IMG/VR virus record: IMGVR_UViG_3300039008_000061
Span: 1 to 52,901 of that record
Length of the DNA: 52,901 nt
From: a virus
Strand: one strand, 5' to 3'
The notes under the pieces were generated by a model. That model was not told the origin of the DNA. It was given only the letters and a program-made list of their open reading frames with translations, and did not search any database. This document shows, piece by piece, positions 43,052 through 50,935 of the stretch. The position numbers were made by a program, and so were the translations under genes. Numbering within the stretch: position 1 is the stretch's first letter; each line of letters opens with the position of its first letter.

Positions 43052-43506
43052 TCTTGCTCCTTGCGTAGTTGGTTTTTGTAGCTATCTATTACAATTTCAA
43101 TTAAGTGGTGAACGTCCTTATGGCTTTTCCTTCTCAATAACTCTTGAAGCGCTTCAATCTTGTTCTCTAGGGCGAATTTGTTTACCGCCTTTTTAGCTTC
43201 ACGAGTTGGCCTACGCAGCACGTTTGCGGTTGCTTGCCATTCTCTATGCTGCTCTAGCTTTTCGGCTGTCTTTTCCATAAATACACATTGGCGAAACATA
43301 TCTTTTTCATGCGAAGAACAGCGCTCTTCAAGTTCTCTAACACGCTCATTAGCCTTTGCTAGTTGATTCTTTAACTCTTCGTAGTCTTCAATATCTACAA
43401 AATCACCCTCAGGGCTTTCTTCTAATCCTCTATTCATCGGGCCTCTGTGACAAATGCACTCTTGACTGTGGTTAGGGTCAAAAACCTCTTTGTAACGCTT
43501 AGCCAT
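43048..43506 (-). CDS. Hypothetical coiled-coil protein (paralogous motif with the next gene)
   Basis: ATG 43506 is preceded by AAGGAGCAAGAGA. Shares the LAKANERV motif with 43499..43951. Confidence 0.55.
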   Translation of the reverse strand: MAKRYKEVFDPNHSQECICHRGPMNRGLEESPEGDFVDIEDYEELKNQLAKANERVRELEERCSSHEKDMFRQCVFMEKTAEKLEQHREWQATANVLRRPTREAKKAVNKFALENKIEALQELLRRKSHKDVHHLIEIVIDSYKNQLRKEQE

Positions 43507-43951
43507 TCTCTTGCTCCTTGCGTAGTTGTTCTTCACCTATTAAATTGGCCAAATTAACAATGCGCTTGTAACCAATTCTAATGACCTCTTTTAAATCCTC
43601 ATTCGGTGCATTACTTAACTTTTTCGCCCACCAAATAAGAAGCTCTGCGGCTGCATTCCCGTTTATATTTTCGCACTCTAATTTAGCAACACGTTCATTA
43701 GCCTTTGCTAGCTTTCCTGAAAGGCTTAAAACTTTCTCAGTGCAACCATTCAGGGATTCTTCTAAAGCCTCTTTTCTAACTTCTAATTCCGCTGTGTAAT
43801 CATTAGCCTTTGCTAACTCTGCTTTTGCAATATCGTTAAAGTGCGCTATTGCTTCCTTTGCATCACTGGCTGTAATCAGTTCGCCATGTTCAGGGTGAAA
43901 GCCTAGAACGGTTGCTTTAATCTCGTAATCACTCATGTTTTCGTAATCCAT
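43499..43951 (-). CDS. Hypothetical coiled-coil protein
   Basis: 150-aa ORF with the LAKANERVAKLE motif. Confidence 0.6.
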   Translation of the reverse strand: MDYENMSDYEIKATVLGFHPEHGELITASDAKEAIAHFNDIAKAELAKANDYTAELEVRKEALEESLNGCTEKVLSLSGKLAKANERVAKLECENINGNAAAELLIWWAKKLSNAPNEDLKEVIRIGYKRIVNLANLIGEEQLRKEQENG

Positions 43952-44271
43952 TACTCACCTCGCGCTTTGGCTAGCAAAAGTTGTATATTGTGAATCGTTT
44001 CACCGTCACACAATTCTGGCTGAGTTAAAGATGATGCGTTTACGTGCGACAGGCGCTGGTCGTTTACCTCATCAATAAGGTTGTACAATTCCTTTGCCAC
44101 TTCTTCTAACATCGCATACATGCTTGGCGCTGCGGCTATTAGGTGGGCGTCAGCTTCTTCATATACGTAATCCGCGACAACCTCGCCATCGTCGTTAAAT
44201 GAAATCTCAAAACCTTTATTATTAACAAAGCGCTCAACCTTCCACTCACCTTTTGTAAATTTAGTTTCCAT
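43951..44271 (-). CDS. Hypothetical protein (AHLIAAAPSMY-motif family)
   Basis: GEWKV...A.....EADAHLIAAAPSMYAMLEE is a pattern common in small phage proteins of unknown function. Confidence 0.6.
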   Translation of the reverse strand: METKFTKGEWKVERFVNNKGFEISFNDDGEVVADYVYEEADAHLIAAAPSMYAMLEEVAKELYNLIDEVNDQRLSHVNASSLTQPELCDGETIHNIQLLLAKARGE

Positions 44272-44459
44272 TACGCCACTCTCCCCATTTGTGCTTGACC
44301 TTGAATAGTGTCGATTAATGCCGATGCGCGGTTTTTCGAAAGCCCTGTTTTCTGGCGCACCGTTTCAATACTTTCACCAGCTTCTAGTAGATTCTGAACA
44401 CGTGCTACCACCGTTGCATGAATGCGTATCGGCTTGTTGTTTATTATGATTGTGGTCAT
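44271..44459 (-). CDS. Hypothetical small protein (possible HTH)
   Basis: 62-aa ORF. Confidence 0.55.
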   Translation of the reverse strand: MTTIIINNKPIRIHATVVARVQNLLEAGESIETVRQKTGLSKNRASALIDTIQGQAQMGRVA

Positions 44460-44470
44460 GGGTTTTCCTT

Positions 44471-44488
44471 TAGCCCCCGAAGGGGCTA
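44471..44488 (-). promoter_or_regulatory. Stable hairpin with UUCG tetraloop in the leftward mRNA
   Basis: The minus strand reads UAGCCCC-UUCG-GGGGCUA. There is no U-tract. It lies between the rdgC fusion and the next gene. Confidence 0.45.
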
Positions 44489-44497
44489 TTAAAGTGA

Positions 44498-45652
44498 TTA
44501 AGCGGCTTTAGGTGGAACTAGCACTTCACGTGCACCGTTATGACCTGGTTTACTTACAATGCCTTCGACTTCCATCTGCTCAATTAGACGAGCGGCACGG
44601 TTGAAGCCAATTTTAAATTTGCGTTGCACTGCTGAAACTGATGCGCGTCTTGACTCGCGCACGAACTCAACCGCTTCATCGTAGAAAACGTCTTTACCTT
44701 CGCTGTTAACGAAAGGGTTTGGCTGGTCTTCTTCAACTTCATCAGGGTCAGGCTGGCTACTACTTTCTTCGGTTAACTGAAATTCAGCATCAATCAATTT
44801 AATAAAGCCGAGTAGGGTGCTTACATACAAATAAACATCAGCATCGAAACGCGCTTCTACTTGGTCTTTCGGAATGTCGTCATTTTCTTCTAGAACGCGA
44901 TCGGCTAACTTGATGCGCTTAATCGAACCGTCTTCACATAGGATGGCGGTGAAAGCCTCGTCATACTCAAACGCTACTTTCTGAACCAGCTTGCCAGCGT
45001 CCAAATGGTTAATTACTTCATCAGTGTCAAGCGCTTGGTTTTTCACGCGCACTAGACCGCCCGTATCATCAGTAGCTTTTAACTCTGCTTCTTCTAACAG
45101 GTTGATGGTGTCAGGCGTGGTGTCGGTAACCCAGTGAGTCAGTTCAGATTGAATGCTGCGGCGAGCAAATGGAACAACGGGAAGTGAACCAATAGCTTTG
45201 CGAACCATAGCAAGCCAAGCTTCAGCTTGTGAGTCTGAGCTAGCGTGAACAATTACAAGATTGCTTTCAGGAATGATTGTGCCGTAAGTGCTTTTGCGGT
45301 TGGTGAAAGCTTGTGGCAGCAATTTGGTGATAATCTCTTGCTTTATATCAGCCTTTGCTTTTTTACCAACCGGCGCACCTGTTTCCATTTCGATGCGCTC
45401 AACTACTTCTTCAAGCTCTTGATTGACTACGCTGCCTGGTAAAAGCTTTTCTTCTTTCTGAATACGGATAGTGAACATGCCTTGTGCAACATGCGCGAAT
45501 AAACCACCGATACAGCGAGCAAAGCCCATCGTAGCCAAGTCGTGTGCACCGCAATGGCGAAATTCATGCTCACCTAATAACTCCTCAAATGCTTCGCTGC
45601 TAAATGCCAAAGGTTGAGTAATTGTGTAAATCTTTGCGTTTTTGAAAATCAT
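44498..45652 (-). CDS. rdgC: RdgC-like protein fused to an FtsK gamma (KOPS/XerD-interacting winged-helix) domain
   Basis: RdgC landmarks are present: [50 protein letters not shown]. The C-terminal [56 protein letters not shown] closely matches the E. coli FtsK C-terminus. Confidence 0.85.
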   Translation of the reverse strand: MIFKNAKIYTITQPLAFSSEAFEELLGEHEFRHCGAHDLATMGFARCIGGLFAHVAQGMFTIRIQKEEKLLPGSVVNQELEEVVERIEMETGAPVGKKAKADIKQEIITKLLPQAFTNRKSTYGTIIPESNLVIVHASSDSQAEAWLAMVRKAIGSLPVVPFARRSIQSELTHWVTDTTPDTINLLEEAELKATDDTGGLVRVKNQALDTDEVINHLDAGKLVQKVAFEYDEAFTAILCEDGSIKRIKLADRVLEENDDIPKDQVEARFDADVYLYVSTLLGFIKLIDAEFQLTEESSSQPDPDEVEEDQPNPFVNSEGKDVFYDEAVEFVRESRRASVSAVQRKFKIGFNRAARLIEQMEVEGIVSKPGHNGAREVLVPPKAA

Positions 45653-45684
45653 AAAATTCTTTACCTTTTAGTAAGAAAAGTTAC

Positions 45685-45706
45685 AGAGGTGGCCTAAGCC
45701 GCCTCT
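45685..45706 (-). terminator. Hairpin spanning the stop codon of the 122-aa gene (weak terminator/attenuator candidate)
   Basis: AGAGGTGGC (45685-93) pairs with GCCGCCTCT (45698-706, one wobble pair). The minus strand continues GUAACUUUUCUU. Confidence 0.3.
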
Positions 45707-46062
45707 AACTCATAATCAACTGGGAACGGCGTGCGCGAAGTTATGTCTTTTATAAACTTGCGCACCGTTAGCATTTTTATTTCACCTGGGTTAGCCGTGT
45801 CTCCTTCAGGGTCAATGGTGCTTCTCTTGAAAATCACGCGATCCATGTAGCGACCTGGCATTTCAGCGATAGAGAGAATTTCATAAATCACTTTTCCTTC
45901 ACCATGTGCCGTAAAGAAACGCTCACTAACGCTATGTCCGTCAGTTTCATCATGAACTTCACAGCCGCCAATCCAATAGAGAGTTCCCATAAAGTGCTCA
46001 GCGCGAAACGGAAAAACCATTTCATACTTATCACCGGCTTTAAGGTCGGCGGCGTTCATCAC
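45694..46062 (-). CDS. Hypothetical protein
   Basis: 122-aa ORF. Confidence 0.6.
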   Translation of the reverse strand: MMNAADLKAGDKYEMVFPFRAEHFMGTLYWIGGCEVHDETDGHSVSERFFTAHGEGKVIYEILSIAEMPGRYMDRVIFKRSTIDPEGDTANPGEIKMLTVRKFIKDITSRTPFPVDYELEAA

Positions 46063-47774
46063 GCCACCTTCTTCAAGTTGTTAGCCTTAACCGATTCAAC
46101 GAACTCGCGTAGCTCATGCGCCCACGGCTTGTTGGCTTCTTCAACTAGCTTGGCTAGCTGATCCATAGCGTTAAGCTCCATTACTGAGTATTGGCGCGTT
46201 GGTGCTTGTTCTTGTCGAACCACGCTAGGCGCTGGCTTCGCTTGCGGTTCTGGCTGAACTTTTTCTTTTGGCTCATGGGTGGGGGCTTCCTGTGCTAACT
46301 GGTTTGTTGCTGCCACGTATTGCTTGTTGCTTTCTGACTCAGCATCAAAACGGGCTTTCTCTTCCGCATCACGCCTGGCTTGTTCTTCTGCTCGCGCTTT
46401 CGCCTCAGCTTCACGTTGTAGTTTCGCTTGCTCTTCTTGGCGAATGCGTTCACGTTCTGCATCTTCTTTGGCTTTTTGTTCAGCCTGGTAGGTAGCAATG
46501 CGCGCCGTTACTAGTGTTTTGAAATCCTCAGTTGCTTTGAAAGCAATTTGGGCCCAGTCGTTAAAGAGGAAATCGAACTCGCGGTTATCAGCAATAACAA
46601 GCATGTTGGCTTGTGCTACTTCAACAAACTCAGCGATTTGAATCTTTGCTTTCGCAACTTCGGTATCAGCGGCATCTTGAAGTGATTCAATAGTGCGCTT
46701 GCCTTTCATGGCCTCATAAACATCAGCGCCAATAGGAGGAAGAGGGGCGTTAACTTTTTCCTCTGCCGCTTTGCCTGCTTGCAAGAGTTCAACAGTAGCC
46801 TTGCTAAGAATTTCTTGGCGAATCTCTTCTTTGCGCGACTTAACTTGCTTGTCTAATTCAAGGCGCGTTGAGGCAAGTGATTTTTTAATGGTCTTTAGCG
46901 TTTCACGTAGGCTGTCAATATCCTGCGCCCCGGCATCAATAGACTTTTCCACTTCGGTAATTTTCTTTTCTACCGAGCGAATGTATTTCACTTGTTGCTC
47001 TGCTTCACCAAACTGGCTATCGGTTTCAGGTGAGGTGTTAAGCGAATTGATAAACTCACTTACTTTTTCAGCGAAGCCTTGAACATTTGAATTGCTGATA
47101 AGCGCCGTTACCTTTACGTCTAGCGTAGGTATCAACTCTGCTTCGACTTCTTTTTTCTTAACCAGCGATGAAGCCTTAACCTTTTCAACTTTCGCTTGTG
47201 GCTCATGGCTTTCTAAATCAATGGCAAATTGCTTCCAGCCTTTAATAAGCGCTTCGCGTCTTTCAGGAACTGACACGTAATACATTGCTTGCCAGTTGTC
47301 TTTCGTTCCATCACTGGTAACGAAGAAACACTTTTCCGCACCAGACACTAAAAGTTGCTGCTCTAACTGCCAGTAGTAGTGGGGCTCTAGCACGTTATTA
47401 AGCACGTTCTCAGCAAGCGTTTTGTTGAAAAGCTTATGCTCAAAACACACATCATCAAACATGGTCAAACCGTCAAAACTGGCAAGTAGCGCTAAGCCTT
47501 CAACTTCTAGCGAGCCGGTAACAGGGAATAAATCTTCACCTACATCGGCGGCAGCAAGAGGGCGAGCCGCTTCTTCAGTTGCATGACCTTTATCAAAAAG
47601 CTTTTGTAGATACTCGTCTACAATCGTGGTCCAGCCTTTCTTTGCATCTAGCAATTGATTGCGACTAATGTTTTTGTGATCGCCCATCATCATTGGTGCT
47701 TCTGATGCGGTAAAAAATTCTTTGCGAAGCGCTAGCCATTCAGCGCTTCCCTGAGTAACGTTGATATGCTTCAT
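46059..47774 (-). CDS. YqaJ/lambda-Exo-type exonuclease with ~380-aa charged coiled-coil C-terminal extension
   Basis: QGSAEWLALRKEFFTASE, SFDG...CFEHK (PD-(D/E)xK). It is adjacent to recT. The C-terminal part is Glu/Lys/Ala/Arg-rich. Confidence 0.8.
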   Translation of the reverse strand: MKHINVTQGSAEWLALRKEFFTASEAPMMMGDHKNISRNQLLDAKKGWTTIVDEYLQKLFDKGHATEEAARPLAAADVGEDLFPVTGSLEVEGLALLASFDGLTMFDDVCFEHKLFNKTLAENVLNNVLEPHYYWQLEQQLLVSGAEKCFFVTSDGTKDNWQAMYYVSVPERREALIKGWKQFAIDLESHEPQAKVEKVKASSLVKKKEVEAELIPTLDVKVTALISNSNVQGFAEKVSEFINSLNTSPETDSQFGEAEQQVKYIRSVEKKITEVEKSIDAGAQDIDSLRETLKTIKKSLASTRLELDKQVKSRKEEIRQEILSKATVELLQAGKAAEEKVNAPLPPIGADVYEAMKGKRTIESLQDAADTEVAKAKIQIAEFVEVAQANMLVIADNREFDFLFNDWAQIAFKATEDFKTLVTARIATYQAEQKAKEDAERERIRQEEQAKLQREAEAKARAEEQARRDAEEKARFDAESESNKQYVAATNQLAQEAPTHEPKEKVQPEPQAKPAPSVVRQEQAPTRQYSVMELNAMDQLAKLVEEANKPWAHELREFVESVKANNLKKVA

Positions 47775-47776
47775 GG

Positions 47777-48514
47777 TTATGCTTCCTCTGCTACGTCTAC
47801 AATGGTTTCAATCTGCTGTCTGATTTCTTCAGGCAAAGTGAATTGCGACTCTATGATTTGAATGAAGTCTTCAGGCGTTTTTCTGCCAGCACTGATGGCG
47901 TTAGCCATTTTGTTAGCGTTTTCGTTGAACTGGTCTTGCGTGTAAACTGGCTTTTCGTTACTCGCTGGCGCAGGGTTGATTTCACGCTCGCCGCTAGCCG
48001 CATCCTTAATGCGCTCAGCTTCATCAGGGTCAACAATGCCGCTTATACCAAACGCATAACGACCAGCTTGGATAGTTGCTTTGTGGCGCAACATGCGGTT
48101 AGGCCATTGCTTCCATGTATCGGTGCCACGCTTACATTCGCTCATGTACTCAGTGACAGTGATAGGGCGCTTTGCATCTTTGCGGTAAATAGAGCATTTG
48201 ATAGCGACCAATTGGCCGTTATCTAAAATGTCTTCATGCTCCATGCCATCGAACTGCTCATGGTTGGTGATGATTTTCAGCCATCCATCAATTGAAACGA
48301 TTGGCTGAATGCCGCCGCCTTTTGCTGGAAAGGCATATATCTCCTTCACAAGCGGATTAAGCTTGTACTCATTGGCTACGGCCATGAATGAAACGAACTG
48401 CTCATTACTAACCTGCTTACCGCTTGGCATTACCGTATTAAAGACAATGCTAGTTAACTCTTGCTCTGAAACTGCCAGGCGATTTGCTACCTGTGCTAAT
48501 GCTGTGCTACCCAT
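47777..48514 (-). CDS. recT: RecT-family single-strand annealing protein
   Basis: KLNPLVKEIYAFPAKGGGIQPIVSIDGWLKI pattern, adjacent to the exonuclease gene. Confidence 0.85.
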   Translation of the reverse strand: MGSTALAQVANRLAVSEQELTSIVFNTVMPSGKQVSNEQFVSFMAVANEYKLNPLVKEIYAFPAKGGGIQPIVSIDGWLKIITNHEQFDGMEHEDILDNGQLVAIKCSIYRKDAKRPITVTEYMSECKRGTDTWKQWPNRMLRHKATIQAGRYAFGISGIVDPDEAERIKDAASGEREINPAPASNEKPVYTQDQFNENANKMANAISAGRKTPEDFIQIIESQFTLPEEIRQQIETIVDVAEEA

Positions 48515-48668
48515 GATTTCTTGCTCCTTTGATATTCTTTACCAGTCCAACTATTTCAACTTTCCAACCGTTAGGGCGGTTAACGACCATTGCGTGAAGC
48601 CCCAATGTTTTCCACATGCGCTTTTCTGTTAGCGCCTTGTGATACTCTTTGTAAGTAACGAAAATCAC
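48507..48668 (-). CDS. Hypothetical 53-aa protein
   Basis: GTGA overlap with the upstream stop and an 8-nt overlap with the recT start. Below the track cut-off. Confidence 0.35.
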   Translation of the reverse strand: MIFVTYKEYHKALTEKRMWKTLGLHAMVVNRPNGWKVEIVGLVKNIKGARNHG

Positions 48669-48946
48669 GCTGCGTCCTCCATAGGGTTGCCATCCTTGGC
48701 AGACGATGGAAGCGTTATATGAACCTCAATGCCTAGGCCGTTCACTTGGTCGTAAAAGTTGCTTATCGCTTCAGGTGAAATGTGTAGCGTGGTGCCTGGT
48801 ACGTTACCGTTCCATAGCGTTGCATCTTCATCACGCGTTGTTGAAATGGTTTCGATTCTGTCGAAATACTCGCCGCCTTTGATACCGTTGTCGTTCCAAA
48901 CTAGGCAGAACATGCCGGGTTTATTAATTGCAGGTCTGATTTCCAT
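48665..48946 (-). CDS. Hypothetical protein
   Basis: 93-aa ORF with GAGGA upstream. Confidence 0.6.
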   Translation of the reverse strand: MEIRPAINKPGMFCLVWNDNGIKGGEYFDRIETISTTRDEDATLWNGNVPGTTLHISPEAISNFYDQVNGLGIEVHITLPSSAKDGNPMEDAA

Positions 48947-49027
48947 CGTTTATCATCCTCGTTGCTATGGCTGCTCTGTCTGTCCAAAACTTCGCAGCCG
49001 TGGTGTGTGCCCCCTCGGGGGCGCGGT

Positions 49028-49132
49028 TTACTTCTCTAAATCAATACTCTTTATTGCTTCTACCGTTGAAATTACAGCGATAAAGAAGAGCGACACTAGC
49101 GCTATCGCTATAAGCGTGAATACCGCGTTCAT
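49028..49132 (-). CDS. 34-aa single-pass membrane peptide
   Basis: ATGA-coupled to the upstream peptide. Hydrophobic VFTLIAIALVSLFFIAVI. Confidence 0.35.
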   Translation of the reverse strand: MNAVFTLIAIALVSLFFIAVISTVEAIKSIDLEK

Positions 49133-49236
49133 TCGTCGTCACGCTCACCTTGACCAGAGCGAACGAAAGCGCCAACTAAGAACGCAAAAGCGCCCATCAA
49201 AACAAACAACCCAATTACAAATAAAAACGTGCTCAT
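49129..49236 (-). CDS. 35-aa single-pass membrane peptide
   Basis: ATGA-coupled to the 67-aa gene. Hydrophobic FLFVIGLFVLMGAFAFLVGAFV. Confidence 0.35.
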   Translation of the reverse strand: MSTFLFVIGLFVLMGAFAFLVGAFVRSGQGERDDE

Positions 49237-49436
49237 GCTGCCGCCTCTTCACACTCAGCTTCATCTTTAGCAATGCGCACTTTCTCAAGAACTGAATAAA
49301 CATCGGCAATATCTGCTTTGGTGAAGTAATTGGCTTTAAGTGCTTCTTCGCCAATGATGTTAAAAATGCGATTTAAGTTGGTGAGTTCGCTGGCCGTAAG
49401 AAACACTTCGAACTCTTTTTCAAACTGCTTGCTCAT
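49233..49436 (-). CDS. Hypothetical acidic protein
   Basis: 67-aa ORF with overlapping junctions. Confidence 0.6.
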   Translation of the reverse strand: MSKQFEKEFEVFLTASELTNLNRIFNIIGEEALKANYFTKADIADVYSVLEKVRIAKDEAECEEAAA

Positions 49437-49861
49437 GCTGCTTCCTTCATTTCGGTGTTATGGCCGCTTGTGTAGTGCTTAATGACTATTTCAAGCATTG
49501 AGTTGGTGCCTAGTTTTTGACTGATAACTCTCAAGTGAAAGCGAACGGTGTGTTCCGACAAAAAAATGTTTGCCGCCATCTGCTTGCGACTTATGCCAGT
49601 AATCAACTGGTCGTAAACGCGGCGCTCAGCTTTAGATAACAACTCAGCACCTGGCATACCGTTCTCATTCGCGTGACCCATTCCCATGTAGTGCTTTGCC
49701 ACGACTTCACGCGCTGAATGAGCGTCAAGCTTTTTGTAAATTTGAGCGCTGTACTCCTTAACGCTGCGCACTGAAAGTCCGATTATCTTGGCGGCAGTGT
49801 GTTGGCTAAATCCTTTTATCATCAGGTCATAAACCTGTTGTTGGCGTGGTGTAAGATTCAT
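49433..49861 (-). CDS. Single-chain protein with two LuxR/GerE-type HTH domains
   Basis: LTPRQQQVYDLMIKGFSQHTAAKIIGLSVRSVKEYSAQIYKKL and LSKAERRVYDQLITGISRKQMAANIFLSEHTVRFHLRVISQKL. Confidence 0.8.
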   Translation of the reverse strand: MNLTPRQQQVYDLMIKGFSQHTAAKIIGLSVRSVKEYSAQIYKKLDAHSAREVVAKHYMGMGHANENGMPGAELLSKAERRVYDQLITGISRKQMAANIFLSEHTVRFHLRVISQKLGTNSMLEIVIKHYTSGHNTEMKEAA

Positions 49862-50241
49862 GCTGCTTTCCCCATCAATAGTTCGCCTAATGTGTAGCCC
49901 TCTGGCGGGTTATTCGTGGTATCAAGCGCATGTTTGATTAGGCCTTTGGTTTCAGCTTGGCGCTGATTGACTAAAAGCGTTTTGGCGGCATTAGTGTTAA
50001 GCACTGCATCTGCCAACTCTTCAAGGAACTCGGTTTCTTCAAGAAGGCTCTGCAATGCAAATTCAAGATTAACGGTGTGAGGGTAGTCAGCCCATGTAAG
50101 TGAAACTTCATCGAATAAAACAGCATCAGACAAAGCAGAAACAATGGTTTCTTGTTCCCATTCACTTAAATCAGCAAAGCCATTTACTTCAGGCTGGTTC
50201 GCATGTTGTGCGATTTGATTTGATACGTGGCAGTAGGTCAT
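49858..50241 (-). CDS. Strongly acidic 127-aa protein, first gene of the leftward early operon
   Basis: 20 Asp/Glu against 5 Lys/Arg by direct count. AGAGGA upstream. Confidence 0.6.
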   Translation of the reverse strand: MTYCHVSNQIAQHANQPEVNGFADLSEWEQETIVSALSDAVLFDEVSLTWADYPHTVNLEFALQSLLEETEFLEELADAVLNTNAAKTLLVNQRQAETKGLIKHALDTTNNPPEGYTLGELLMGKAA

Positions 50242-50316
50242 GTTTTTTATCCTCTGGCTAATTACCGTTTTGATATGGCGGAAAGCTGAACGAGGCCATA
50301 TGCGTAATATGCATAT

Positions 50317-50345
50317 AGTTTTGTAAACTAAACTTTATTTGTCAA
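50317..50345 (-). promoter_or_regulatory. PL-like promoter TTGACA-N17-AAAACT with operator AGTTTTG-N4-CTAAACT (50317-50334) over the -10
   Basis: Minus-strand -35 at 50345..50340 and -10 at 50322..50317. The operator half-sites are identical to those at 51741-51758. Confidence 0.55.
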
Positions 50346-50420
50346 CTAAAAAGTTTAGAAAAATGAACTTTTTTTTGGTTTGGCGTGTTTCTAGAGAAGT
50401 GTGAATTTCTATGCGGACAC

Positions 50421-50448
50421 AAAAAAACCGCTTTTTGAGCGGCTTCTT
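50421..50448 (-). terminator. Terminator after the cI-linked 148-aa gene
   Basis: The minus strand reads CCGCU-caaaa-AGCGG followed by U7. Confidence 0.5.
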
Positions 50449-50469
50449 GTTGTGACCTAGCGACTAAAG

Positions 50470-50916
50470 CTATGGGCTTATGATCCCCCACAAATTATCT
50501 ACTTTGGCGCACTTGTAATGTTTTGCGGTTTTATCACTTATAATAGCGTCCTGTTTTTCGCTAAGTTCTACTGTTTTCGTGTAGTCATCCGGTAATGATG
50601 TATTATCCTCGCAAAGGTTTGAGCTAAATGTAACCTTTGCCCTAGTTATCTTATATTCGCCATAATTTTTGTCTATTGAAAAATATATTGCGTTGTCATT
50701 ATACGGAACCCAAGAAAACTCGTATTCGTTAAAATAACTACCTAAGTCCTTCTCGAAAGGGAATTTTTTTTCACACGCCTTTTTCGCAATGAATATGAGA
50801 CTTTTAGCTTGCCCTTTCATTTTATCTAAAACGCATTCCTCATAGTTGTCGGGACCAAATATTCCTGCTTGTGAATTCGACACAAATAAGAAAGTAACCA
50901 ATAAAAATCTATTCAT
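50470..50916 (-). CDS. Secreted protein co-oriented downstream of cI (moron)
   Basis: Signal-peptide-like MNRFLLVTFLFVSNSQAG, AT-rich, 19 nt after the cI stop. Confidence 0.6.
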   Translation of the reverse strand: MNRFLLVTFLFVSNSQAGIFGPDNYEECVLDKMKGQAKSLIFIAKKACEKKFPFEKDLGSYFNEYEFSWVPYNDNAIYFSIDKNYGEYKITRAKVTFSSNLCEDNTSLPDDYTKTVELSEKQDAIISDKTAKHYKCAKVDNLWGIISP

Positions 50917-50935
50917 AGAAAATATCCTTATAACT

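Noticed and set aside
48759-49295. 178-aa plus-strand ORF
   Set aside because: It is antisense to several tightly coupled leftward genes and has no RBS.
50299-50317. ATATGC-N7-GCATAT inverted repeat as a nutL/boxB-like hairpin or dif-like site
   Set aside because: It overlaps the predicted PL start point, so it would not be fully transcribed. It does not match the dif consensus arms.
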